A program made the translations under genes and the position numbers. DNA of 64,000 nt from the human T2T-CHM13v2.0 reference genome, Homo sapiens: NCBI RefSeq assembly GCF_009914755.1, contig NC_060931.1; one strand, given 5' to 3'. The notes beneath the pieces are model-generated. The model worked only from the letters and a program-made list of their open reading frames with translations, did no database searches and was not told the DNA's origin. This document shows positions 14,501 to 27,679 of this stretch, piece by piece. Positions within the stretch are counted from its first letter, which is position 1, and each line of letters starts with the position of its first letter.

Positions 14501-15085
14501 GTCATTTCTGTTGGCTTCTAAATTATCCTCATCACTCTTTTGAGACATAGCAGCTCATCCTAGGCCAATGATATCAACCATGGCTGTACTGTGAACTGTA
14601 ATCCAGTATCTTTCTCTCAACACCTCCTCTCTTCTCAGCTAAGGGTGTTGTATATTGAAGATGCTCTGCTTTTCCCTCTGACTTTCATCACTTAAAACTT
14701 TGTTGATTTCACCTGAGGCAAATTGACAAATATTTTTAATCATCTTTCACCTTTCTTTCTCACTTCCAACTCTTCTCCAATTGCCTGACTGAAATTTCTA
14801 TTCCTTTTCCTGTTTTTTTCCTACATATTTCAGAAATGGCCCTGATTTGAGCAGAAAATATTAAGAATAATGCTAATAAAAACACATTCATGTTTTCAAA
14901 TGTAATTAAATTTTAAAAAAGTTTTATGCTCAAACATTTCTAGAAATATCCTAAATTACATTTCAGAAGTTTTATAAACTATCTCAGCTATTTCTTTTCC
15001 TCTTGAAGTGAATATTTTATCATCATACATATTCAAAATAAATAAAATACTATGTTATTCAATTATTATGTTACCATACTACTGC

Positions 15086-15447
15086 TGTTTTAGTTCATTC
15101 AGCTATAACAAAATATGACAGACTGGGTGGCTTATAAAGAACAGAAATTTGTTTTACACAGTTCTGGAGGCTGGGAAGGTCAAGGTCAAGGCACTGGCAG
15201 ATTTGGTGTCTGGTGAGGGTCCACTTTCTGGATCATATATAGTGCCTTCTCCTTGTGTCCTCACATGGTCAAAGGGGTGAGGGGTCTCTCTTGAGCAGGT
15301 TTTATAAGAGCACTAATCTCATTCCTGAGGGCTCTGACCCCATGACCTAATTATCTCCCAAAGTAACCACCTTTTAATACCATCCCCTTGAGGGTTAGGA
15401 TTTTAACATATGAATTTGGTGAGGACACAAACATTCAGACCATAGCA
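15086..15447 (-). mobile_element. MLT1A-type MaLR solo LTR
   Basis: TG...CA ends, CAGTTCTGGAGGCTGGGAAG..., ACAAACATTCAGACCATAGCA; 5-bp TSD ACTGC/ATTGC. Confidence 0.88.
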
Positions 15448-16456
15448 ATTGCCTTTTTCTCATAACATATAAACTCTCAAACTATATTATATGGTAATTA
15501 GACTTTAGAAATTAGTTTTAAAAATCTAACTACAATGTTCAAACAACGAATTCACTAGGAAACTTTTAGAAAATAACTGATTTCTAAGTTGGAGATATAC
15601 TATGTAACTGTATTAAGTCACAAAGCTCAAATTCAGTTTTTCTATTTGACTTCGGTGTCAAGATTCTTCACATTTTTGCTAGGCTACTTACTCTCCATGT
15701 TCAAGTTATCTCTAATGACTATATCGAAATAGAACACAGATGAAAGCAAAAATAGAAACACAGATGAAAGCAAAAATAGAAATTGAACCACAAACATGAA
15801 ACAGGTAACAAACAGAAAATGTCTCTGAGAAATGCCTTATAATTCTAAAATAAATTTGGAACTAGATTTTTGCAGAATACTGCTTAAGAAATTAAATTGT
15901 AAAACATAAGGGAATCATTTGAATAAGCCATTAATAAGATTAATGGAAAATAATTTATTCTCATTTTATCTCTAGATGCCATGTCCAGCCAAATAAATGA
16001 GACTGAACTTCATGGTTGTTGTTTTTACTTCATCCCGGCAAAAGAAATGAAATTAAATATAAAAAGCAGATGACCAAATAAAGTCCAAATGAATTAAGTA
16101 TTGCTCCTAGTATAACTCACAGTTAATATAAGTTGACTATCCTCTCTGTAGACAACACTTTTCATCAACATTTTTCACCATACAGCTAGACCTCAACTAA
16201 CAGTCAAGTGTCAAAAAAATGAATCACTTTAGAAACCATCTTAATAATGAGACAATTGACTTCTGGTACCCAATTTAGAACATCTACAAAAGGAGTGGTG
16301 AGCAGATTTCCACTCTGATGCAAAATCTTATTCGTTGGGCATTGATAGCTGAGTGCTGTGTTAAGGATTCTGAAGTGGTAAATCACAAAGAATGCTGTCA
16401 ACACACTTAGTAAATAGTTAACACAGGACTTCTCTAGTATTAAAATTCATAATAGT

Positions 16457-16789
<333 letters not shown>

Positions 16790-17189
16790 TCACGTTATAC
16801 CATCTCCTTTTTTGCTCATGGCAAGTAGTGTAATCCCTGCCAGAACATGGGAGGAGACAATGTAACACATGTGCCATTCATTTACTCAGAGGTATACAGT
16901 GTCTTTCCTTATGTGTTACCAAGTTTAGGCTGTCTGCACCCCTCTGTGCACTGTTTTTTGGAGACTGTTCCAATGTCACTAGGTAAGATGCTACCCCCTG
17001 TGATATAGCAAGACATATTTTGTGCCTAGAGTTACAAGGAAAATCTTTTTTTTTTCTATAGAAACAAGACTAGGCATGACAAGTATATGTAGTTTTATTT
17101 GTTCAACAAATATTGAGATAATACACTATGGTTAGTACTGATGTATATACTAACCACAGTGTATTATCTCAAAATTAGATATGTATACA

Positions 17190-17621
17190 AAGTTGACCCT
17201 TGAACAATGCGAAGGTTAGGGAGGCTGACCTACAGTACAGTCAAAATCTGTGTATAATTTTTGACTCCCCCAAAACTTAACTGCTAATAGCCTACTGTTC
17301 CTTGGAAGCCTTGCTAATAACATAAACAGTCAATTAACACATATTTTGCATGTTATATGTATTATATACTACACTATTACATTAAAGTAAGCTAGAGGAA
17401 AAAATATTAAAATCACAAGACAATATATACTCACTATTTATAAAGTGGAAGTAGAGCATCATAAAGGTCTTTATTCTTATCACCCTCACACCGAGTAGGC
17501 TGAGGAGGTGGGAGGAAGAGGAGGAATTGGTCTTGCTGTCTCAGGGATGGCAGAGGCAGAAAAAAATCTGCATAGAAGCGGACCCCCTTTGTCCAAGCCC
17601 TTGTTGTTAAAGGGTCACCTG
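17190..17621 (-). mobile_element. Tigger2a (MER28) DNA transposon
   Basis: TIRs AGTTGACCCTTGAACAA / TTGTTAAAGGGTCACCTG followed by TA; body GAGTAGGCTGAGGAGG...GGTCTTGCTGTCTCAGGG. Confidence 0.88.
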
Positions 17622-18597
17622 TACGTCTAATTTTACCATAGTCTTTTTGATGATTTCAGGTTTAATATTGAAACTTTGGCTAAAATTCACCCATGGGAAA
17701 AATAGAAAGTACCATGGATTTTTATATAAAAGGAGTCCTGGCTATACTATTTACAAAGCATGCTAACATATCACTTTTCTTCTCTGAGTCTTCACGTTTT
17801 CTGAATATCAAAGGTTTCAAACTTCAGAGAGCTGTATGGGACAAATCAAATAAGACATTAAAAACGCGTTCTGGAGAGTAAAAATGCTAGCAGATACAGG
17901 TGTCTCAACTTACTTGTTACCTTCCATTTCTGTCCCCTACTCACATTGCTTTCTTTTCTGTAATTGTGTTTAAAGCTGTCCAAAGAGACTCTCCAAATGC
18001 TGGGCTCTCTGTCTGGAAGTTTCAAATGAGGCTTTTGGATGTGCATCTTTTTCTCTGAGGGTAGGATTGGGGCAAGAAAGAAGGTGATTTAAGTGTACTG
18101 GTTGCCTGGGTGACAATTAACTGGGTATTGCTTTTAGGGAGTCATACAGAAAAATAGAAAAGACCAGTAAAAAATGCCATCCTAGTTTGAATGCTGGATG
18201 TAGTGAAGGGGGTTTTGATGAAGAAACTGTTGAGGAACAACTGAGATTAGAACCACTTGGAGAATTAAAATTTTAATAAGGAGGCATTACTTTAAAGTGA
18301 GGGGAGGGATTTATCCTAACTGATGCCTTGTTAAAAAGAATAACACAGAGTAAATAGTCCTAAGAACAATTGCAATCCTTTGTAGTCTGTAATTTGTAAT
18401 TGCTGCACATAATTTCAGTTAACAGGCCATAAGAGGAACAGTCACAAATACCAAGAAAGGTACATACGGAGATAATTCCAACCAAGGTGAGCACAGCCTA
18501 CACATAAACAGGATGTAAGTACCGCAAGTCACCAAAACTACACTCAGGAGAAAGTGCTCGTTATTAACAGACAGTGGATTAGTTTCAATATCTACAC

Positions 18598-19135
<538 letters not shown>

Positions 19136-20819
19136 AGACTGTTACACTTACAGTGAAAATAATTAAGGATTAGGAGTTGGAAGGATAACTCAATAATTCC
19201 ATTCATTTGTGATGTGTATTGTCATTATTTCATTCAATCAGCAAATAACTGTGATAACATGTGCAAGGAAACATGGGAGATGCAAAAGTTTAGTAAAGCA
19301 GGTATCCTGCTATAGTGGAGAGAGCTCAGGACTATGCAGACCTGGGCTTGAAACCCAACTTGAATGGATTAAGTGGCTTTGAAGGAGTTACTTGGACTCT
19401 CCTTAAACCTCAGTTTTCTTGATCATTTCACATCATCATTTCATAATCACGATCATTTTCTATGGGCATATCTATTCAAAATCTCTCTATCAGATCCCCC
19501 AGTCAATATGGAGATTGTGGTAGGCACCAAGACAGGAAGGTGTGATTTAGGATCAACTGGATTTATAATTTTAAAAGAATTTATTTATATGACTGATGTT
19601 TTGTCTGGTGGAGCCTGAAGTAACTATGCAAAATATCTTTGTATTATTACTGCTTGTTTATGTTACTTATATAGTTATATTATTTCCCAATCAATTTCAT
19701 CTTTTGTATTTTTCTCTTCAAAAGTTTTGGGCTTTACAATCTCAAAACACATTTTCATCATTCACATATTTAAAAAGTGACTTTTTTCAGAGTTTTGTTA
19801 TTGAAGCAGTGATACAAAACTGGTTGACTTTTTTTCTGGGGCAGAGGAGAGAGTCACCAAGTCAATTGAATTAATCATTTACCTCACCACCATATATACC
19901 AGACACAGATAAGACAAACTGACTTTTATAAAATCCCTGCAAACCCATCATTACAAACATTAACTGGGTCAATTTCACCTGAAGGCAGGATTACTCTTTC
20001 CTATACCAATTTTGGATTTCCCAGATTAACCCGTTTTTTGTTTTGTTTTGTTTTTTTTAAGAAGTGTGGCATTAGCAACATATTCAAAAGTCTAAATGCT
20101 TATAAGCTGCTTTGAAAAACACATTCAAAAGTAGAAACAAGGTTTTAGGGAAGCAAAGATAGGAAACATGAATGAGGGTTTAGTAAACATAGCATAAGAC
20201 ACTTGTTATCGAGGCAAAAGGATTAATTGAGCAGTAACATCATCAGCTATGGTTGGACAGAGGAGTGGAGATACCAGAAGTGCTATATCCCTGCACAAAT
20301 AAGGAATCTATTTTCAGTTTAGACTCCAAGCAGGAAGACACTGCTGCTGCCTCTTGAAGTACTTCGTTCTTTTTCTCTGAAGCTTGAAAAGTCACTTTAC
20401 CCAGGAGTGGTGAATCTGGGGTGCTGTTTCTGTACCTCTTCACGCAACTTGATTGGCATATAAAGATATTGCTATAGGTCTCTGGGTACTTCAGTTTCTA
20501 TTGCCTAAAATATGCTTCCAAAATTAGAAAATATGAGCTTAACTCTCGTAACAGCTGAAGAAGAGCTTACAACCTTAGAAGACATAGCTCTGTAATTCTG
20601 AAATAACTCAAAAACTATTTTAAAATTTCTTCTTCTCCAGTCTTCCTTCTTCCAACACATAACATTTTCCCAAGGGAAGGCTTGTAAAAGCTTCTCAACA
20701 GAGAAAACTCTTAGGAAAGAAATGGAAAATTATAGCCATATCAATGAAACCTAAAAATCAGGCAAAATACATAAAAGGGAAAGAGATGTTATTCCTCCAG
20801 ATTTATACATTCACATCTT

Positions 20820-21100
20820 AACTGATGAAAGCTTCTCTGATAGAAGTCTGCCCTGACCCCCTGACATGACATAACCTCCACAGTCATTTTTTTCACAATC
20901 ATTTCTTATATTCTCCTGCTTTATTGTCTTCATAGCACTCTGTCACTATCTGAAATAGTTGTTCTGCTTGCACCGTTACTGACAATTCCTCATCCCCCAT
21001 TTCAATGTAGACACTGAAATCAGAGCCTCTTCTCCATTTAGCTTAGTGTCTAGCACATACTACACATTGAATAACATGTGGTGAATGAATGAATGAATGA
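20820..21100 (+). mobile_element. L2 3' end
   Basis: Ends in the (GAAT)n L2 tail. Confidence 0.65.
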
Positions 21101-21577
21101 GATGTTCCATGGCAGAGTTCATCTCCCACCTCTGGTTGATATTCAGTCCCAGCAAGGATGTGCAGCTATCAAGAAGTAAGCACACACTCCAATCTTACAT
21201 CTTTGGGGCATTCTTCTTCGGACTGTTGCAAAAAATTTCCTTGTAATGTATACAGAGAGCAACTGAAAACTCTGAAACTCTAACGCATTAGACAAATATA
21301 GATCTTTTAATGAATACTTTTATTTAATAACCAGAATAGCCCTTAGGTATTGTCTAATTCACAGCCCTTTATATAGCAATGGAGAAATTAAAATTAAATG
21401 GCTTTTTTTTCCAAGGTCACAAGCTAGTCTTAGCTTGAGCCAGTATGAAATGCCACGTCTCTGAACTCCTAGCCTGGTGCTCATTTTACTGGAGCCAAGA
21501 AGATACCTTCATTGCTGGGCAAAGGAATGAACAATGATTGAGTACCTAACACGTTTCTAGGCACTTTGTTAACTGGT

Positions 21578-21950
21578 TGTGGTAGACAATGTGTGTTGCT
21601 GACCCAAGCACCATTTCTTCTTCCTTTCTTCCTTACAGAATCCCAAATTTTTAAAGTAAGCATCCCATCAGTAGCTCCAGAGTCAGATTCTGTCTAGTCT
21701 AAGTCATTTCATGCTTAGCAGGTCCCATTACAACAGCCACTGGTCCAGGGGTGGCCACGTAATTTAATTTGGTTCAATCGAATTGAAGGAAAAGAAATGA
21801 GCCATGCCTGGAGGACATGATTCTCTTCCCACCTTCCCCTTTCCTCTGCTAGTTATAAACAGGGCGATCTACAGCCCAATGGCTGCTGGTAGCCATCTTG
21901 TGACCATAAAGAGATTCATCTTTAGGATGAAATCACTGCTGAAGATAGTA
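21578..21950 (+). mobile_element. Old MLT1 (J/K/L-type) LTR fragment
   Basis: TGTGGTAGAC start; GCTGCTGGTAGCCATCTTGTGACCA motif. Confidence 0.55.
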
Positions 21951-24900
21951 ATGTCTATATTTATATTAAGGGTCAGTAAACTCTGCAAAGAATCATATAG
22001 TAAATATTTTAGCATTGCCAATCTGATGGTCCTTGGTTCCTGCAGCAACTATTCGACTCAGACATTATAGTGCAAAAGTCACCAGAATGACATGGCTATG
22101 GTTCAGTAATATCTTGTTTTCAAAAAAAAAAGTCATCGGGCTGTTTAAATCATTGAACCTTTTTGACATCATTGAGCCACATATTTCATCATTCCTTGAG
22201 CTTATCCTGCACATTAACTCCCAATATTTGAGATGATCAATTTCCTTATGATTTAAACTGGCTTTAGTAAGATAATTTTTAAATGTTATTACTAAAACCA
22301 AATCAATATAATTAATTCAGCATTTATATACATTATTACTCATAATATTCACAAAACTCCTATAAAGCTGATATTAGTAGACTCATTCTTAAGATAAGAA
22401 AATAGAACCAAAGTTTCAGAGTCTTTGAAAATACTGGTTCAAAAACCGGCATTTGAACCTATATGTCTAATCTTCTACTCTATGATGACCCAACTCCCAA
22501 CTATCTATTCCTCAGCACTTAAAAGTGGAAGAACAGTAGCTGCTTCAGTAAAGTTCCAAACCCACCACCAGCTTATCAAACAGAAAATGATTTCATGCAG
22601 GGAAGTGTGCACTTAGAAAGTCTTTTGAAGGGCTGGAGGAATGGATGTCAGTGGACTGCCCCTGAATTTTTAGTTTCTAGGTCATACCATTATATGTGAA
22701 ATCCAAAAGTCAGGCAGTGGCTACTGCTATCAGTTCCTACCACTGTAGCCACCATAGCCTCCTCACACCAATGGCTCCCCAGAATGTCATGTTGAACCAC
22801 TATAAACTTCATAACTGTCAAATTTTACCCGTAGCTACAGCTGCATGAAAATGGCCTCTGCCTCACTTCTGATTTCCAAATCTCTTACAAGTGCATGTAA
22901 ATGACTCTAGCTGCAAAGGAGTTTGGGAAGTATACTTTTTAACCTCTCCAATAGGAGGATCAAATGGAGATTGGTAAGACTTCTCTTCAGAAGATTGACT
23001 AAGGCTTCTCCCTAGAATGTCTGGCATGTGTATCTCCCATACCTGACAAAGAATGAGGGCTTCAAGACAGCTAAAAAATTTTGAACAAGCTTTAAAGGAC
23101 TATTTTCTCATCCCCAGTCCCATCAGCTGAGCCAGAATAATGACTTCATAGTAATTTTTCCCTGTACCTTTGAGGGAAAGTAATGCATTCATTATTGGAA
23201 TAAAAGTGGTTCATGTGTATAAATCTTGCCCTTGGCAAAATAAATTATCAAAGCTCATGCCAATGGGAGAGATGGCAGGTCCATGATGCTAAGAGCCAAG
23301 TTCCATAAAGTGATAGGGAAGCAGCTTTCTTTTATCCAAAAGAATTTATGTTTTATGGCTCAGTGTTGGTGAGGTATTGATCTTCCAAATGAGACACTGT
23401 GGCCACTGTAAATAAATTCAATAGATGTGTAGTTGGCCTAAGAATATAACCTCAGTTATTTAAAACATGTGGCACTTGATGCAGATCACCTTCCAGTGTC
23501 CTGTGTGGAAGAATGGAGCTTCCACCCAGTACAAAGAGTACTCTGGGACTCCATGCCTAAGCTCCTTAATTAGCATAGTACATGTTTGGGGGTAAATAAC
23601 TCCACCTCTCTCAATCTTAATTTCCACAGCCCTGAAATTTGGACATGATAGTATGGGAGGATTCATGAGAAAATGTGTGTGGAATGATTTGAACTTCTTG
23701 AAGAATACATACTCAGGAATACTGCTATTTGTGATGAGATAGTGTCAGATGCATAAATTTGGGTTCTTTGAATTACTGGCATACAGGAAAATAGCAAATC
23801 TAGGTCAACAGAGACCTTTTTCTCAGACTGCCTTTACTATGAATAAAACACAAAGGAACTTTTCTAACTTTCTCAGAAAAGTGTCAACTTCTATAATTAT
23901 TTCAATAAATAATCTTCCTCCAGGAGGATATAATTTTAAGGTGTGTGCAGTGTCCTTTTAAAGACAGGTTTGTAGGTCTCACTTTCTTTTATTTCCAAGT
24001 TATCCCCTGGCAACAAGGGCTGTTTATGTGGAGTATTAAACAAGCTTCAGGACTGTGCACAGAACTCACTCCTATTATATCTTATTTTAATCTGATATTA
24101 CCAAACTTCCCATGAACTAAAAAAAAAAAAACCCATAAATTTTAAGTCCAGTGAGATTTCTGTTTTCTCTGGAAATTAGAGAGCTGAACTGTGTTTTGTG
24201 TGAGATCATCCAACAGTTTTTTTAAAAAATCTTACTTCAGAATCACATTGAAATCATTATGTCTTCTGGAAACCAGCTGATAGCCAAAACATTTATTTAA
24301 ATTGTTTATAAAATGGGTGGGTGGTATTTCATAATAGTTATTGGTTTACTATGCATGACCTGTTGATCTACCTGTTGAAACCATTATTTTAAAATATATT
24401 TCCCCCAAAAATGCTACTTCTGTATATTTGTTTTTATCAAATATAAATTTACCTAGCTCTTTTAAGACACAGATCTCACCCACTGAATTATGACTAACAT
24501 GAATTTTGGAAATTGTCCTATTTTGATATGTCAGGAGAGAACGTTTTACTAGCAGGTTTCATTAGCCAAGGTGGACCAGTGGGTATTTTCTGACATTGCA
24601 AAAGCAGCTTCAAAGTGCCACTTTCCTTTCCTTTCCAGGATGGGTCAAATAAAACAACTCTACTCCATTCTGTAAGAGATTCAGGCACAGAAAGGAGAAG
24701 ATACTGGGCTGCTGACACATTTTCTATTCATAAATGCTTCTGTTTATAGTAGAAAATATGACATTCACCATGAGCTGACCAGCCATCAGTTCTGACATTT
24801 ATCAGCGTCACTTTAGAAACCCATGTGGGAAGGCAGAAAAGCAGAAGGGAACAGAAACTCACATGCCACTTGTAGCAGAATGCTTGTGCCATCCTGACTC

Positions 24901-26872
24901 CCCCTCTCTGAAAGCCTGACTGTGCACCATCCTCCTTGATAACAACTACCAACCACTGAGCAAGCCTGCGGTAGGTTATGTAGGTTCTAGGGGAAGGGGA
25001 TACAAAGCTATGTTGGACACTTGGAAATGCTTAGAATCCAGTCGGGGAGCCAGCACAGGAAACAGAAACATCTGAATGCATAGCCAGCTACTGGCCCTCT
25101 ACATGTATAGCCAGCTAATAATGTGTGTGTGTGTGCATGCACACACACATGACTAGAAGAGGCATTGTGCCTGGCAGTGAAATGACAGAGGAAAGGCATT
25201 TATTGTATGAGGGAAATAAAAGTAGGGAAGTGGTATCTTAAGAGCAAAACATACAGTCTATTCCTTCCACTCCAAATAATTGAATGCTTCTGAATGTGCA
25301 TTCCAAATTTTGAGATTAAATGAATAAGGCCAACCTGCTGCTGATGGCCACAGTCAGAAAGGAGGGAAGAGACCACCCAACCCAGGACAGGAAGTGGAGC
25401 AGACTTCATCTGGAACTTGGGAATGCCTGCCTCCATGAAAAAAAGTGTAAGTGAGATTTCCCCCTTTTTGATCCATCTTCAACCACTTGATAAATTTTCA
25501 CAAAATCAGTAATTTCCCAATGTGGTTGTGATGGAGCAGGGTAGCTTCCTATTTGCAAGCATTGGGTTAAGCATCTATGTTTTAAAAGAATTAAACATAT
25601 TAATATAATACTGTCCCAATAGTGCTTACAAAACGTGTGTGGGAGACACACTGCTGAGTTTCAGGAAATAAACATCCCTTAACACAACACATTGTAATCA
25701 AAGAAGCATATTCACAAAACGTTAAAACTTTTTGCCAACTTCATGCCAGCAAGCCCAGAGGGAGAGAACACGTATGCTCTTTTTCAATAGAGTATCACAT
25801 TATAGACCCATTCAATAAGGTCTGTATGAGTTCATTTGTTTCCAGATAAAGATTTCTGTGTGTGGGGAGACTTAACAACAACCACAAAAAAAGGCTTCGT
25901 GGAGAAGGGAACAAATTAGTTGGTGTTTTAAAAGACAGAAGTATGTAGACAGTGAAAGAGGAATTTGCAGGAAATGTGGTGGGAAGGGTACCAGTAAATC
26001 TTAAACTGAGGGAAGAGCTCAGGCGAAACCTCCAGTGATCTTCACAATTCTCAGGAGAATGCTTATACATGATTTGCACACAAAATATTGAATTTGAAAA
26101 AATCTTATATTGAATTCCCAAGCCACTTGTAGAATGCAATGTGGCACACTAATGTGGTAGAAGGGACATAAAACAAACAAACAAACTCCCTGCACAAATA
26201 CCCATGGGAAAGGAAGAACAGCCTCACAGAACTTCAAAAAGAGAAAACAAAGAAAAAAAATCTCATTTTCCAATGTATGCAAACATTTATTTTCTGAGCA
26301 AAGACAGGATTACAAGTAGGCAGAATATAAGATTTGAAAAGCAAAAGGAAAGGTTACATCTCCCCACCACCTACCACCCACAAACCAGTTCATCCACAGG
26401 CAAGCTGATACTGAGACTCTACAACTACATATTTATACTTTTGACTTAAATGTGGCCTTCTCTTGAACAGCAAATAATCCCAAGATTTACAAATTAAGCC
26501 ACATGAGGCATTTACACATTAAAGAAATGAATTTTTAAGTCTTTCTTAAGACAGAGATTTTTGGGTTTGGAAGACAGAGAAAGAATGAGAGTACTTAGGG
26601 GAAGATGGCATGGGTTAGGGGTGACATTTAGGATGAAGTGAAGAGACAAGTTATAGTAGCTTAATTCATAGATTAAAAGGAAGACCTTTATAGGAATCTG
26701 GTTGTATAGCTAGGAGCCAAACAGCCCCTTCCTGATCAAAAATGTTTTCATCTAGTCTTTTACAATAGAAATTTGTTTATCTTATTTTAAAGTATTCTTT
26801 ATGTCATGCATGTAAATACCAATAAGGTATTTAAATATTCCCATATTGACAAGTATCGCTTTGCTTCTAATC

Positions 26873-27015
26873 TTTTTTTTTTTTTTTTTTTTTTTGAGAT
26901 AGGGTCTCACTATATTGCCCAGGCTGGTCTCGAACTTCTGGGCTCAAGCTATCCTCCCACTCCACTTCACCATCCTGAGTAGCTAGGATTATAGGCACAA
27001 GCCACCTCACCTGGA
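26873..27015 (-). mobile_element. FLAM / free left Alu monomer
   Basis: Single monomer with poly(T); TSD TTTGCTTCTAATC / TTTGCTTCCAATC. Confidence 0.88.
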
Positions 27016-27252
27016 TTTGCTTCCAATCATTTTCTATAAGCAAAATGTTACATGAAAATACTTGTATTTATATCTTTGTAATTTTGTGCAAGAATTTCTA
27101 AAAGAAAAAATCTTAGAAATCCTAGAAAAATCCCAAGTCAAAAGGCACTTGTATATATAATTTTGAAAGGTCTTGTCATATTGCTCTCCATAGAAGATAC
27201 ACCAATGCATCTTCCCACCTGCAATGTATAGAACACCTGTGTCCCCATATTC

Positions 27253-27566
27253 TTTTTTCTTTTTTTTTTTGAGACGAAGTCTTGTTCTTGTCACCCAGGC
27301 TAGAGTGCAGTGGCACGATCTTGGCTCACTACAACCTCCACCTCCCAGGCAGAGAATCAAGAGAATCAAGTGATTGTCCTGCCTCAGCCTCCCCAGTAGC
27401 TGGATTACAGGCACCTGCCACCACGCCCGGCCAATTTTCGTATTTTTAGTAGACACGGGGTTTCACCATGTTGGTCAGGCTGGTCTCAAACTCCTGACCT
27501 CAGGTGATCCGCCTGCCTCAGCTCCAAAAGTGCTGGGATTTCAGGCATGAGCCACTGCACCTGACC
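27253..27566 (-). mobile_element. AluS (Sx/Sq) inserted in an old antisense L1M remnant (~27030-27660)
   Basis: 17-bp TSD TGTGTCCCCATATTCTT; internal GAGAATCAA duplication. Confidence 0.92.
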
Positions 27567-27679
27567 TGTGTCCCCATATTCTTGCCAACATAGTGTATTA
27601 TCAAACTTGTTGATCTTTGCCAATCTGAAAAGCAAAAGTAGTATTCCCTTACAGTTTCAACTGCTTTTTACTTGACTTA

